DNA of 64,000 bases from Octopus vulgaris (Eukaryota): contig OX597823.1 in assembly GCA_951406725.2 (NCBI GenBank), positions 20,646,001 to 20,710,000 on the forward strand. Reading direction: 5' to 3'. The notes below the pieces were generated by a model that made no database searches, had not been told where the DNA came from, and worked only from the letters and a program-made list of their open reading frames with translations. Shown here in pieces: positions 51,844 through 64,000 of the stretch; position 1 is the first letter of the stretch; each line of letters opens with the position of its first letter. The translations under genes and the position numbers were made by a program.

Positions 51844-52903
51844 AGGGTGCATCAAGATTTTGAAGACGCTTCTTAAAACTGACATCAGGTTCACTCAGCA
51901 AATGAAATAATCACGCTGTAATCGTTGCCTTAAAAGTGCTACACAGTGATGCAGAGACAACTCAATTCATGAAAATTGCCCGTACCTCGTCTTTCAAAGT
52001 TTGAAAGGAGCTTGAAGTTACTGACGAGTATCCAACATCAACAGGTAATTGCAAAACACATGCACAGGGTTCTAATTACATCAGAACCTATAACTCATTA
52101 CAAAAAATTCAGGAAATAATTAATAAGAATCAAAGCCATCGGAAAAGACCCCAAGGTTTTATATGCATCACCAGGACAATTGTGCATAAAGGCATCCTTT
52201 GCACATCTTATGTAATGTGGAGAGGTCAGTCTTTGTTGGATGCTGCAAGACAGAATAGCTCAATCCGTGCAAAGTGCTTGCTAAATAAGTTTAAAGATCA
52301 AGAGGCTGGAATGCTTTGATTTTTCTCCGATGAGAAAAACATCGAGCAGGACCAAAAGCTATACCGAACGAACAATAGATAGTTATGTAGATACCCGAAT
52401 GAGGTTCCAACGGTCATGCACACTAAGTTTCCAGCACCTGTGGTTGTTCGGGGAGTCGTCAGCTACAAGAGTGACATCATGACTCGTCAATTTTTTTCCC
52501 ACAACGCTTAACATCCAATGTCTACACAGAGGTTTTGGTGAACGTTGTGAGGAACTGCATAGACAGAATACGCTACTGAAGATCAACAATGCTATTTACC
52601 GTCCCAGGAGGCTAAGAAAACCCAAGCGTGGATGCGTGCAAATCTTCATGTTCATGTTCTCCGAAGCACATGGCATCCTAGCTCACTAAGCCTCAATCCA
52701 CTGGACTATTGCGTATGGGGTGTAGTCGAGAGAGAGAGAAAGAGAGAGAGAGCAGTGACCCCGTATTGACGCAGCCATTGATGCTAATATTACATTCAAG
52801 AATATTTCTTCCAATTTGTTTTCAAATGCAGCTTTTCATTAATGAAGTATTCATCTATTTTGTTTAAATTCATACAAATGCCCTGAAAAAACTGGCACAC
52901 TCT

Positions 52904-52906
<3 letters not shown>
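51844..52906 (+). mobile_element. Decayed Tc1/mariner-superfamily transposon (maT/DD37D-like)
   Basis: FFSDEK...VPTVMHTKFPAPVVVRGVVS at about 52320-52465 and WHPSSLSLNPLDYCVWGVVE at about 52671-52730. Ends are cagggtg-like / cactctg-ta. Confidence 0.7.
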
Positions 52907-52984
<78 letters not shown>

Positions 52985-53610
52985 ATGGAATTCCACACAC
53001 GCTCCGTCTGCCAAAATCGCTCACAAGGCAATGATCGACCCGGGGCTATAGTAGAAGATGCTTGCCCAAGATGCTGCCTAACTGCAAAGCGAGCATGTTA
53101 ACCACATATACATGCCGGCGCCTATATCCTCAAATTCTTCTTCGAATGTAAACAGTTCTGTTTAAAAGTTTCCTATGAGAAGCATTAAATGATTTAGCAA
53201 ATACGTTTCTTTCAACCACAGTGATAGTGCTTCGTGAGCTACATAATCAAAATCTTTCCAGCAACCAGTGAATCAACCACAGATCTTTCTTTGGTACATC
53301 CTGGATGTTTTAATTATCCATCGTATCTTTTAAATTTGGTCTCATGTTTTCTTCCTTTTTCTGAAACTACCTCGTTCTGCACCAAATACCTCCACCAAAT
53401 TACCAGAAGTCAAATTTGAAAACTTATAGAAAAATTACGTCTATCTTTGATAAGAAAGTAAGTTTTCCCTCATTAGCATGTTCTTGCATATTTCCATTCT
53501 TCAGACGAAGGATATAAATTGTCTCCTTCCAATCTTCGGCATTTTATATATATTCCAAATACTGTCACACAGTTGTATTACAAATAATTACTACAAACAC
53601 ACACACACAC

Positions 53611-53676
<66 letters not shown>

Positions 53677-54247
53677 TATTGTATGAGACAATTCAAAGAA
53701 TACACTCTAGCATCTTAGGCGTATATTAAAACCTGTCAAAAAATTGTACGCATAAATGTAGTTTATTGACATTTACGATGGAATAACTGAATTAACAAAA
53801 GAAAGAACATAAATCGTACCATAATGAATTAGTAAATACAGATGACGGGAACGTAATTTAGAATTGTTTGTCACCAGAGTGGCTGTTGAAGAAGGAAACG
53901 TCGATGCTTCTTCCCGTTGATCAGCATACAGTATTGTGCCTTTGGTAAAGTCACTATATGATTTTCAATGAAATTGTCACCTTGTATTGCAAAGAGGCGA
54001 AAGACGATTGGAAATGACTCGGTGGGTGTACCAGATGTATGGAATGTAACGAGATAAAGCTAATAATAAACGGCAATAAATAACAATGAAACGTTTAAAA
54101 GAATTCGAAGTTAATGAAACACCAGAAATTTCACGTTTCACAAGTTCAGTTCCTGTGAACTGCACTAATACATATATGCGTAAGTACATACATATACACA
54201 TACAAACATACGTAGTATATACATACATACATACATACATACATACA

Positions 54248-54278
<31 letters not shown>

Positions 54279-54279
54279 G

Positions 54280-54313
<34 letters not shown>

Positions 54314-54318
<5 letters not shown>

Positions 54319-54460
54319 AGGAATAACCACCAAGATGGATTCCTAATATGTTAGAAGAAGACGCGAAGAATATGTTTTGAGAACATATTATTTGTGGTAA
54401 GGCGATTTGTTGTCTTCTTCTAGCACATTAGGAATCCATCTTGGTGCGTTGTCCTCTTAT
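54314..54460. repeat. Inverted repeat with 49-bp arms
   Basis: 54314-54362 pairs with 54412-54460 (20-bp perfect core caccaagatggattcctaat); inner hairpin at 54369-54389. Confidence 0.85.
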
Positions 54461-54557
54461 TTATATATGTAATATAATTCATAGTCCTCGGACATTTTTA
54501 AATATGCTAGCCACTGGTTTAAATTAATATTAATTAATAATATTAATTCCTACCCTC

Positions 54558-54595
<38 letters not shown>

Positions 54596-54884
54596 TATGT
54601 ATGTTTGTATGTATGTTTGTATGTATTTATATATATATCTGTGTGTGTAGGGTTTTGTTTATATCTCGATGACTTTTGTACAAAAGAGATGCACTGTAGA
54701 CCTCGAAGTACTACCAAGCATGTTCGTCATGGCTTGAATATTTTAATCCTGGGTCTGTCTCTTTGGGGAGGTCACCTGATGTAAAACTACAACAACAACA
54801 ACAACAACCACCTCAGTGATACCATTATGAATATCACTATCTTCTCTGCCATATCTCTGTTACGTTGACGTTCGAATTTGATGA

Positions 54885-55031
54885 CTACAAGTTACTGAAA
54901 GCTTCGTTCTGAACTCCTTGCAGATTATTTTGTCTAACAGTTGACGGGTCGATTACCTTGGCCTTCCTGCTTATTGCGGAATCCGGAGAAGGTCCCCAAT
55001 CAGCTGCTGGGGTTATAATGGCTTTCACTGA
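54885..55031 (-). CDS. SLC6 transporter last coding exon (cytoplasmic C-terminus)
   Basis: ttttcag acceptor, phase 0 matching the previous exon. Translates SVKAIITPAADWGPSPDSAISRKAKVIDPSTVRQNNLQGVQNEAFSNL*; P-x-x-x-W-G-P is the conserved tail motif of SLC6 amino-acid-type transporters. Implies a 7.9-kb intron at 55032-62935. Confidence 0.8.
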   Translation of the reverse strand, partial: SVKAIITPAADWGPSPDSAISRKAKVIDPSTVRQNNLQGVQNEAFSNL

Positions 55032-55615
55032 CTGAAAAATACGAAAAGCAGAACAATTATTAAACACAAGAAAAGAAAAAATATTTAAAATAAAAAAAAT
55101 GTCAACAATATGACACAAGAACTTTTTGTATGAAATGGTTACATAATTGATTGAATTGTCCCAGTGCATCACTGGTACCTACTTTGTGTTTTATAGAATT
55201 TCTCGGTTATGAAGAGTATACAAAACAGTTTACCACTATGCGATTGGTTGAATTTGAACTCACATTACAGAGACACTTAACTAAATACAGATCGATATTC
55301 ATTTGTGTCATGCACATCAGTATCTTGAGAAAAACAACCACAAAAGCACATCGACCACAACAACAACAAGTGCAACAGCCTGACAATGTTTTTCCTTCCA
55401 CGTGATGACAAACTAGGAGCTAAATTCTCACAAAAGGATAAAAGACACATATTCGAATATATATCATCTAAAATTAATTAAAATAGCATTAACAAATTTG
55501 AACCACTCACTTTAGGAACTGCACATTTTATTATACCCCGAGTCTGTTTCTAAGTGTCATTCTTTTAAATACACTTTAACTTACTATACTAAACGTCTAT
55601 ACAATCTTGACAATC

Positions 55616-55796
55616 TCTTGACAATCGATGGTGGTGTGTTTACGTCCCCAGTAACTAAGCAGTTCGGTAAAAGAGACCGATAGAATAAGTACTAGGCTTA
55701 CAAAGAATAAGTCCTGGGGAAGATTTGCTCGACTAAAGGCAGTGCTCCAGCATGGCCGCAGTCAAATGATTGAAACAAGTAAAAGAGTAAAAGAGT
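55616..55796 (+). mobile_element. SINE family A, 3' half
   Basis: Matches the 3' domain and tail. Confidence 0.75.
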
Positions 55797-56081
55797 ATAG
55801 CCCCAGCTGAAACCCAAAACATCTTTCACAAAGCAAATATCAACTCCTTTCGTCTCAATTTTACTTTCTTTCCACCACCGACACCACTTTTACCTAAAAT
55901 ATCTTCGTTTCCGTCTCCTGCCACTTTTATTTCATAGATTATATTTAAAAAAGCATTCTTTTCACTGTTTTCATGTAATTCTTTATCCTTTCCATTCTTC
56001 CAATATAAGCCAAGAAAAAAGTTTCGAACTCTCTGAAGAGGGATTTTTCTGAAAAGTTTCGAACTCTTCTTCTAACGATAT

Positions 56082-56397
56082 TTTTTTATATTTATGCGGC
56101 CTTTTCAAGCCTAGCAAGGCTCATGGGCCCGGTTTCTCGGTTTCTATGGTGTATCTGTTCCCCTCAGCTGGACGAGACGCCAGTCCATCGCAGCATTGCT
56201 CAAGAAACAGGAAGGAAGAGTGAGAGAAAGTTGGGGCGAAAAAATACAACAGGTGTCGCCACCACCCCTGCCGAATCCTCGTGGGGCTTTAGGAGTTTTC
56301 GCTCAATAAACACACATAATGCCCGGGCTGGGAATCGAAACCGCGATCATCTGACCGTGAGTCCGCTGCCCTAACCACTGGGCCATTGCGCCTCCAC
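56082..56397 (-). mobile_element. SINE family C variant
   Basis: 10-bp TSD ctaacgatat (56072-56081 / 56398-56407). Confidence 0.8.
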
Positions 56398-56413
56398 CTA
56401 ACGATATACGATA

Positions 56414-56808
56414 TCTTTATATATAAAAGTGAAGTTGTGTGAGTGTCTGTCTCTTACGATTTAGATTCCTTACTCCCACATTTTGCGGTGCAGTTTAACC
56501 AAAAGCGGGTATCTTATAGTCGTGATTCATATCGAGCCCTTCTGGGTATTAGCGCGCGTCTACGATGAGTCTACGATTTAAAAAAAAATTACCATCATTT
56601 TTTCCCATTTTTAATGCATTTTTTTGCTATTATATAAGGGAAGTAACTCTCTAAAAATGTATTATTAAATCTCAGAACGTAAAAAGCTACAGTAACATAT
56701 CCCTTTGTGGTTAGCCATATTGAGATGGCTATTATACTTTACATCTCTAAAAATGCTTATATAGTTATTTCCCTCACAAACCCGAGCAACGCCGGGCGAT
56801 ACTGCTAG
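56414..56808 (+). mobile_element. Non-autonomous Helitron (395 bp), in the SLC6 intron
   Basis: A|TC...cccgagcaacgccgggcgatactgCTAG|T; same family as 26721-27115. Confidence 0.8.
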
Positions 56809-57707
56809 TTAAAAATATATTTATAGCTTGCCAATAAAACAAACGCTTGCCTCCCTGACAGCCATTAGTTTCCTTGGATTCTGTTATTTCTATCTGATAT
56901 TATATTTAACCATAGATTCAATGAGGAATACATGTTTACATATAAACAAAGCGAATCAATATAAAGTGTATGAACTGTGAAAGAAATCTCTATATCTCAA
57001 TATATCGATTTCTTACTGATGTAACGATTATTAACTAGGTTATCGGAGATTCAGGGATGACGTGATTGGTAGCACATTTAACACATAACAAGCTGCAACA
57101 CATAGCTATAGATATATGGCTGTTGTTCTTACTGTTATTGCTGTTGTTGAATCGCCCGAGGTCTGACCCGACCAAGGGGACGTATAATAGAAGGCATTTG
57201 ATCAAACCGTCATTTTTCAGCCAGCTTACTTTGGTTGCTATTATGGAATGCGTTCAATTATACATGATACGAGTCGTTGCACATTCAGCAACTATAGGCG
57301 GGACATTATCAATGGCCATACTACAAACGGCTATCTTTACTGGGTAAAGCTCAGCAGTTCTAAACAATAACACTAGTGCAAAGTTTAAGAGTATTGATTT
57401 ACTATATCCTCATTAGTATTATGTCAGTGCCTTGATAGAATCGTTAAAACTTTGAATGAGGTGCCTGTGAACATTTATTTTCTCCTCTGGAATCGTTCTG
57501 TAACCAATTTTACCTTCTGAAATAATATAGTCAGTTTAATCAACTATCAAATTATAAGTCCTTCTTATTGGATATCTCCCGTTATGGTACATCAATTCCC
57601 CTCCTTTTAGTAATATTTTTTTCTTTTCCTTCTGTCTTGGGCATTCGGTGACTCATTGCTGCCGTACGGAATTAAATATTTATTCTTTTATTCTTTTATT
57701 ATTATTG

Positions 57708-57787
<80 letters not shown>

Positions 57788-57789
<2 letters not shown>

Positions 57790-58122
57790 TATGTTTGACT
57801 TTTGGTTTATATTTGTACAAGTTGGCTCCAAGTCTCACCCAGAGACTTCAAGAGACAACAGGTTGGAAGTTCACGTTGTTGTTATGCCTATTGTGCTATA
57901 TATTTGGGTCTTTTTTGTTGTTGTACTAGTGAATGTCTAATAAATAAATAAATAAAAATAAAAATAAAATTGAATAAATAAATAAAAATTGTTTGATTTA
58001 AACCTTGAGATTACATAGAAAGTATTTTGCGTAGGATATGAGCAGTTCCCATGAGCACTATCTTTTGAATTTCTGCCATTTTGGGGTTTCCTGGTATCTA
58101 GGGTTAGGTAGCAGTCAGCCCC

Positions 58123-58123
<1 letters not shown>
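57788..58123 (-). mobile_element. R4/Dong-clade non-LTR element 3' end in (TAA)n
   Basis: IPGNPKMAEIQKIVLMGTAHILRKILSM* plus 3' UTR, between (ATT)n runs. Confidence 0.75.
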
Positions 58124-58174
<51 letters not shown>

Positions 58175-58176
58175 GA

Positions 58177-58469
58177 CTAGTACTTATTCTATTGGTCTCT
58201 TTTGCCAAACCGCTAAGTTACGGGGTCGTAAACGCACCAGCATCGGTTGACAAGCGATGTTGGGCGGGGAACAAAAACGGACACACAAATACACACACAC
58301 ACATATACGACGGACTTCTTTCAGTTTCCATCTATCAAATCCATTTACATGGCTTTGGTGGGCCTGAGGCTATAGTAGAAGACACTTGCTCAAAGTGCCA
58401 CGCACTGGGACTGAACCCGGAAGCATGTGGTTGGAAGCAAGCTTCTTATCACACAGCCGCTCCAGCGCC
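58177..58469 (-). mobile_element. SINE family A (lacking tail)
   Basis: Reverse-complement match. Confidence 0.75.
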
Positions 58470-58893
58470 TTTAAAAGATAAACATTTTTGCAAATTCTGT
58501 TGCAAGTTCTTCACTGGGATTCCTATTTTGGTGTCATTTTCATCTTCCCTATGGTACGTATGCCATTTGTTCCTCATTCTCCTAAAAGTTCCCTATTTTA
58601 ATTCTACTGGGACCCCATTCAGGCTACTCATAGGATAAGCCCTGAAGATAGTCTATCTAGCCACTCTAAGTAAACCCCATTGAGAAACCGGTAGTGATGG
58701 ATCTTTGGAGCTTGAAGCTTTTCGTTTGTGCTGGAAATCATTATTGATACGACTGGTATCGTATTTGTTGACATTCGGAAGGTCGGAAAGATAAAAGGCA
58801 AAGTGAGGCTCAGTGGGATTCGAACTCAGAACATAGAAATCTGGAAAGAATATAGGCAGTCCGTTCGACCTGGCGCTAACACGACTTCCAAAA

Positions 58894-58989
58894 ATCTTCT
58901 TTTTCTTCTTCTTCTTCTTCTTCTTCTTCTTCTTCTTCTTCTTCTTCTTCTTCTTCTTCTTCTTCTTTTTCTTCTTCTTCTCCTTTTCT

Positions 58990-59024
<35 letters not shown>

Positions 59025-59282
59025 TTCCTTTTCTTCTTCTTCTTCTTTGTCGTTGTCGTCTTCTTTTTTTCTTCTTCTTCGTCTTGTCTTCTTCTTCTTC
59101 TACTTCTCCACAACTCCTCATCCCCGCCGCATCTCCCCTCTCCATCCCCTCCTCCTTCTCACCACGCTCCCATCTACGCCTCCTCCGTTTCTGCCGTCAC
59201 CCCCTCCTCTGCCTTTTCCTCTTCCGCCTTCTCCTTCACCTTCACCTCTACCATCTCCAACACTCCACCTCCTCTTCCTCCT

Positions 59283-59366
<84 letters not shown>

Positions 59367-60920
59367 GAACAAATGGAAGGAAGGCAAAAGCTAAACATAA
59401 AACAAACAACAGCAAAAAATTTCTATTATCTCTTGCATAACATCTTTTTTCATCAACGCCATTTTAGATATTTTGTGCTTTGTATTTTCTTGTGTTGGCT
59501 TTGTCTTTGTTTTGTTGTTGACATTTTGTTGTTTTTGTTGTTGTTATTTCTTCATTGAATTCTGTGATTCTGTCTTCATTGTTCTGAAGCCAGCACATGC
59601 AATGCCATTCTAGCTATTCCTTCTATGATATGGAAAAATAATAAAAATTACGTGGTGGTGGTTTATGGCGGCGGTGTTGGTGGTGTTGGTGGTGGTGGTG
59701 TTGGTAGCGGTGGTGGTGGTGGTGCACGGTGGTGGTGACGGTGGTGGTGGTGGTTGGGGTTGGTGGTTGTGGCGGTAGTGTTGCTGGTTTTGGTGGCAGT
59801 GGTGTTGGTTTTGGTGGTGGTGTCGGTGGTGGTTGTGGTGGTGATGGTGGTGGTGTGGTGGTGATGGTGGCGGTGTTGGTGGTAGTTGTGACTGTTGTCG
59901 TATTCGTTGTTGTGGAGGTCATTGTGGTGATGGTGTTGGCGGTTGTGGTGTTGGTGGTTGTGGGGTTGGGGGTTGTGGTGTTGGTGGTGGCAGTGATGGT
60001 GGTAGTGGTTGTGGTGATGATGCTGTTGTTGGTTGTAGTGGTGTTGTTGGTTGTGGTGGTTGTAGTGATGGTGGTTGTGGTGTTAGTGCTGGTGGTTGTG
60101 GTGGTGGTTGTGGTTTTGGTGGTGGTCGTGTTGATGATGGCTCCGATGGTAGCGGTGATGGTTGTGATGGTGCTAATAATAGTCGAGACGATAGTTGTGG
60201 TGGTGGAAATGATGGTCGTAGTATGGTGGGTGATGGTGGCGATTTTTGTGAAGGTTGTGGTTGATGTTAGCGGTGTTGGTAGTGGCGAGGGTCGGATCAG
60301 TAGTAGTAGTAGTAGTAGTGGTGGTGGTGGTGGTGGCAGCGGTTTTAGTTGTGGTGGTTTTGGCTATAGTGGTAGTTATGGTTGTTGTTGTTGTGGTGTT
60401 TGCTTTAATGGCGTGACAGCGGTGGTGGTGATGTCAAATGGTTGCGTTGGTGACGGTGACACCGACTACGTTTTGTCTGTAAATTATGAGCATATTTCTC
60501 TATTAATTATTAATTGAAATTTGTCCATGTTCATTATGCATAATGACCATCAGAAACACCGCCGCCACCACCACCACCACCACCACCACCACCACACTAT
60601 ATCGAATATCATAACCACCACTACAAAAGCCGAAAAGGCAGTGATCTCTCGTCCTGTTAGAAATAGTAGCAAAATAGCTTACGAATTCAAATCATAGACC
60701 CTGGAAGAGAAAACACAGCAAGGTACAGAATGATCAGGTCCATCAGAGCTTACTGGCAACTAAATACCTCGACCAACACTACTACTATGAATACAATCAC
60801 CACCACCACTACAACCACCACCACCACCACCACCACCACCACCACCACCACTACTGCTGCCACTGCTGCTGCTACTACTACTACTACTACTACTACTACA
60901 ATCACCATCACTACCACATT
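58894..60920. repeat. Compound trinucleotide region: (TTC)n, (ACT)n, (GTG/GTT)n, (CAC)n
   Basis: Directly visible; source of several spurious low-complexity ORFs. Confidence 0.9.
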
Positions 60921-61273
60921 ATCACCATTTCCCGAACCCTAACAACACCACTTCCTTCTCTATATCTACAAGCTAATGGCTACCGTCTTTCCGTCTTGAG
61001 ACACTAGAACGAAATGCCTCGACTTTCAGTTGACTTCTTTCAAGAGCGAAAACTCCGAAGAACTTGTATGATGGTGGGGGGGGGGGGAGAAAACTTCACA
61101 ATAGAAGAATCTTTACGAAAATAAATACATAAATAATGCATTAATATAATGTTAATAATAATGGTTTCTAATTCAGGCACAAGGTCACCACTTTTGAGAA
61201 GGAAGGACTTAGTCGTTGAATTTGAGACTAATTTATTTTCTCGGCGACGAAAGGTGAAGAGCAATGGTATCCT

Positions 61274-61716
61274 CGAGCTGGCAGAAACGTTAGCACGCCG
61301 GGCGAAATGCTTAGCGGTATTTCGTCTGTCTACGTTCTGAGTTCAAATTCCGCCGTGGTCGACTTTGCCTTTCATCCGTTCGGGGTCGATTAAATAAGTA
61401 CCAGTTACGCACCAGGGTCGATATAATCGACTTAATCCGTTTGTCTGTCCTTGTTTGTCCCCTCTGTGTTTAGCCCCTTGTGGGCAATAAAGAAATAAGA
61501 AACGTTAGCACGCCGGGCAAAACCTGTAGCCGTATTTCGTCTGCCGCTACGTTCTGAGTTCAAATTCCGCCGAGGTCGACTTTGCCTTTCATCTTTTCGG
61601 GGTCGATTAAATAAGTACCAGTTACGCACTGGGGTCGATGTAATCGATTTAATACCTATGTCTGTCCTTGTTTGTCCCCTCTATGTTTAGCCCCTTGTGG
61701 GTAATAAAGAAATAGG
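61274..61716 (+). mobile_element. SINE family B, head-to-tail dimer
   Basis: Two about 215-bp units; the second starts at agaaacgttagcacg (about 61498). Confidence 0.8.
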
Positions 61717-62359
61717 TTTTCTAGAGAATGTAAAGAACCAGAAGCAGCATCAAAAGACAGCGCACGACCCTAAAAGTAACATCATTGTTCTTTTCAACTG
61801 AAAGTTCAAATAATTAATGAAAGCTCGGCCAAAAAAGAAGGGGCTTGTTTTCAGCTTTTACGAACACGCCCCTTTTTCAGTTCCCTCATATATATAGAAA
61901 CAGCCTAACCTTTATGACCAAATAAAGGCAATCAGATGAAGTTCGTAATGATAGCCGATTTGGTCCTACATGTAATAGATGGACCAATAATCTGTGCAGT
62001 ACAGTTTCGTTGCCCTTCGTTCATCTCAGCCTGGCGCAGCTGAAAGCAAGTGTCGGTAGAGTTTATCTCCAGCCTGTAATGCTCCTCAGCAGCACTGCCC
62101 GGCCAGTGATTTCTGTAGATTATCCATGAGCACCGGGCCAAAATTCTTCCAGAACATACTTGCCAATTGATTTACCTCGACCTTCATAGACTCCTCCAGA
62201 ACACAGTTGCTCTTGCCCGTCATTCTTCCAGAGACATGCGTCTCTTTTACAAAATGTGGGAGAATAGACACCACAATTTGGTCAGATGTATCCGAATGCA
62301 AGAAGGCCAACCATTTATTTTGGATCAGATTACATTCAGTCCAATAGAGGTATGCATAC

Positions 62360-62404
<45 letters not shown>

Positions 62405-62458
62405 CGTGTGCGCGTGCGTGTACGAGCGTCTTTGCGTTTAGTGTGTGTTTGTATAAAA

Positions 62459-62647
62459 CAGCGGTTCCTAACGCTTTTTGCACTCGCGACCCCTTACCCA
62501 AAAGCTTTAAACACACGTGACTCCCTACTATTAATTCACAATTGAAATTAATATTATCCCAAACTACTTCTAGCAAAGCTAGCCGATCCTCTGCCAAGGC
62601 TTCGCGACACCCCCAGTAGCTCAGGAACCACCGATTGGGAACCCGAG
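62459..62647. mobile_element. hAT (Charlie-like) MITE
   Basis: Imperfect TIRs cagcggttcctaac / attgggaacccgag; 8-bp TSD gtataaaa / atataaaa (7/8). Confidence 0.55.
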
Positions 62648-62697
62648 ATATAAAAGATGTATATATTTCCATCATTCGACATTTACGTATATATATA

Positions 62698-62760
<63 letters not shown>

Positions 62761-62935
62761 TATTCATATACATATAGTCATGCCATAGATACAAACGTAT
62801 AGATAATGCCGATAAAATGAGGTAGTAAAGTGAGGTCGTAATTGAATACTATAAAATATTTTAGACCTTTCCATTACATTTCTTGGATTAATTAATAATT
62901 ATTAAAAGGCATGAAAAACCAAACATTTTACTTAC

Positions 62936-63100
62936 CTCTATGAATAAGGGACTTTTGAACAGGTAATAAAAGAAATACGCGGGTATAGATGTAACGCAAA
63001 TACCAACGATTGCCCAGCCAATCCCGTTGGCCCAGTCTGGGTAGACATAGTCACCGAGGGTTAGACCTTTTTGGTAAATTGCGCTGATAATAATCACCAC
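62936..63100 (-). CDS. SLC6 (sodium- and chloride-dependent neurotransmitter/amino-acid transporter) penultimate coding exon, end of TM11 to TM12
   Basis: 165-nt phase-0 exon bounded by ttttcag| acceptor and GAG|gtaagt donor. Translates VVIIISAIYQKGLTLGDYVYPDWANGIGWAIVGICVTSIPAYFFYYLFKSPLFIE; the Y-x-Y-P-x-W-A-x-x-x-G-W...I-P motif is typical of SLC6 TM12. The paralogue cannot be named. Upstream exons lie outside the window. Confidence 0.9.
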
Positions 63101-63214
63101 CTGAAAAATATACTTCATTGGTTAGTAAAAGAAAACATGCATACATACATGCACATACTCACACATACACAAACATACACACACACTCCATACACATATA
63201 TATGTATGTACAGA

Positions 63215-63357
63215 AGCGTGGTTTTGTGGTAACAAGTTTGCTTCCAACGACATGGTTCCGAGTTCAGTCTCATTGCGAGGCACCTTGGGCAAGCGTCTTC
63301 TACTATAGCTTCGGGCAGACCAAAGACTTGTGACGGAAACTGAAAGCAGCCCGTCAT
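63215..63357 (+). mobile_element. SINE family A, 5' half (diverged)
   Basis: Head followed by (TA)n. Confidence 0.65.
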
Positions 63358-63361
63358 ATAA

Positions 63362-63427
<66 letters not shown>

Positions 63428-63457
63428 ACGCTATATATATCTATATCTATCTCTATA

Positions 63458-63513
<56 letters not shown>

Positions 63514-64000
63514 CACACACACGCACATATATGAGAGAGGGAGATAGAGAATTACATATATAGACAAAGGAATGGATTAACAAAATTGAATATTCCATTT
63601 ATTGATTACTTGATTGATTGATGATTAAGTTATTCATAAATCGAGTGATTGATAATCTGATAGGCTGATACAGATATTTGTGTTTGTAAGCAAAGAATAG
63701 TATTTAATACATACAGTAAAGTTTTTTTTAATACTTTATGCAAAGCTAAAGCTTCTTGATTCTTACCTCCGATCGCTTAAACGAAAGACGTGAGGAGCGT
63801 GATAAAATATACAGAAAATCTTCTCAAAACATCAAAATATTTATCAGGTTGCCGAAAATTGTTTAGAAATATGTCATAGATATATTTACCAATTAGTTAT
63901 TTGCAGAAAACGGAATAAATTGCATGCGAAATACATATTAATCTTCATTTCACTAATATTATATATTTAAAATACATAGATAGCGAGGAAAGCGACAAGT

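Overview
AT-rich, repeat-dense metazoan DNA. The SINE families, microsatellite load and gene style look like an octopus (coleoid cephalopod) genome; this is an inference. The only host gene I can support is the 3' end of a minus-strand SLC6 (sodium:neurotransmitter symporter) gene, with two coding exons at 62936-63100 and 54885-55031; the gene continues beyond the right edge. The rest is tRNA-derived SINEs (at least 3 families, often nested), non-autonomous Helitrons, mariner/maT and hAT remnants, RTE, R4/Dong and L1/Tx1 fragments, and microsatellites. The best observation is a near-identical 5.14-copy tandem array of a 484-bp unit (46361-48848) embedded in (TA)n. Each unit carries an intact type I hammerhead ribozyme on the minus strand, with an unusually long G-U-rich stem II, i.e. 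a retrozyme/Penelope-pLTR-like self-cleaving RNA unit. It lies about 6 kb downstream of the SLC6 stop codon on the same strand. Three unrelated hammerhead-like motifs occur elsewhere (15262-15330, 3988-4086, 3135-3170). Also notable is a TSD-flanked 2.15-kb ORF1-only (HAL1-like) retroelement inserted in a SINE head. All structures were derived by eye; no folding or database searches were run.
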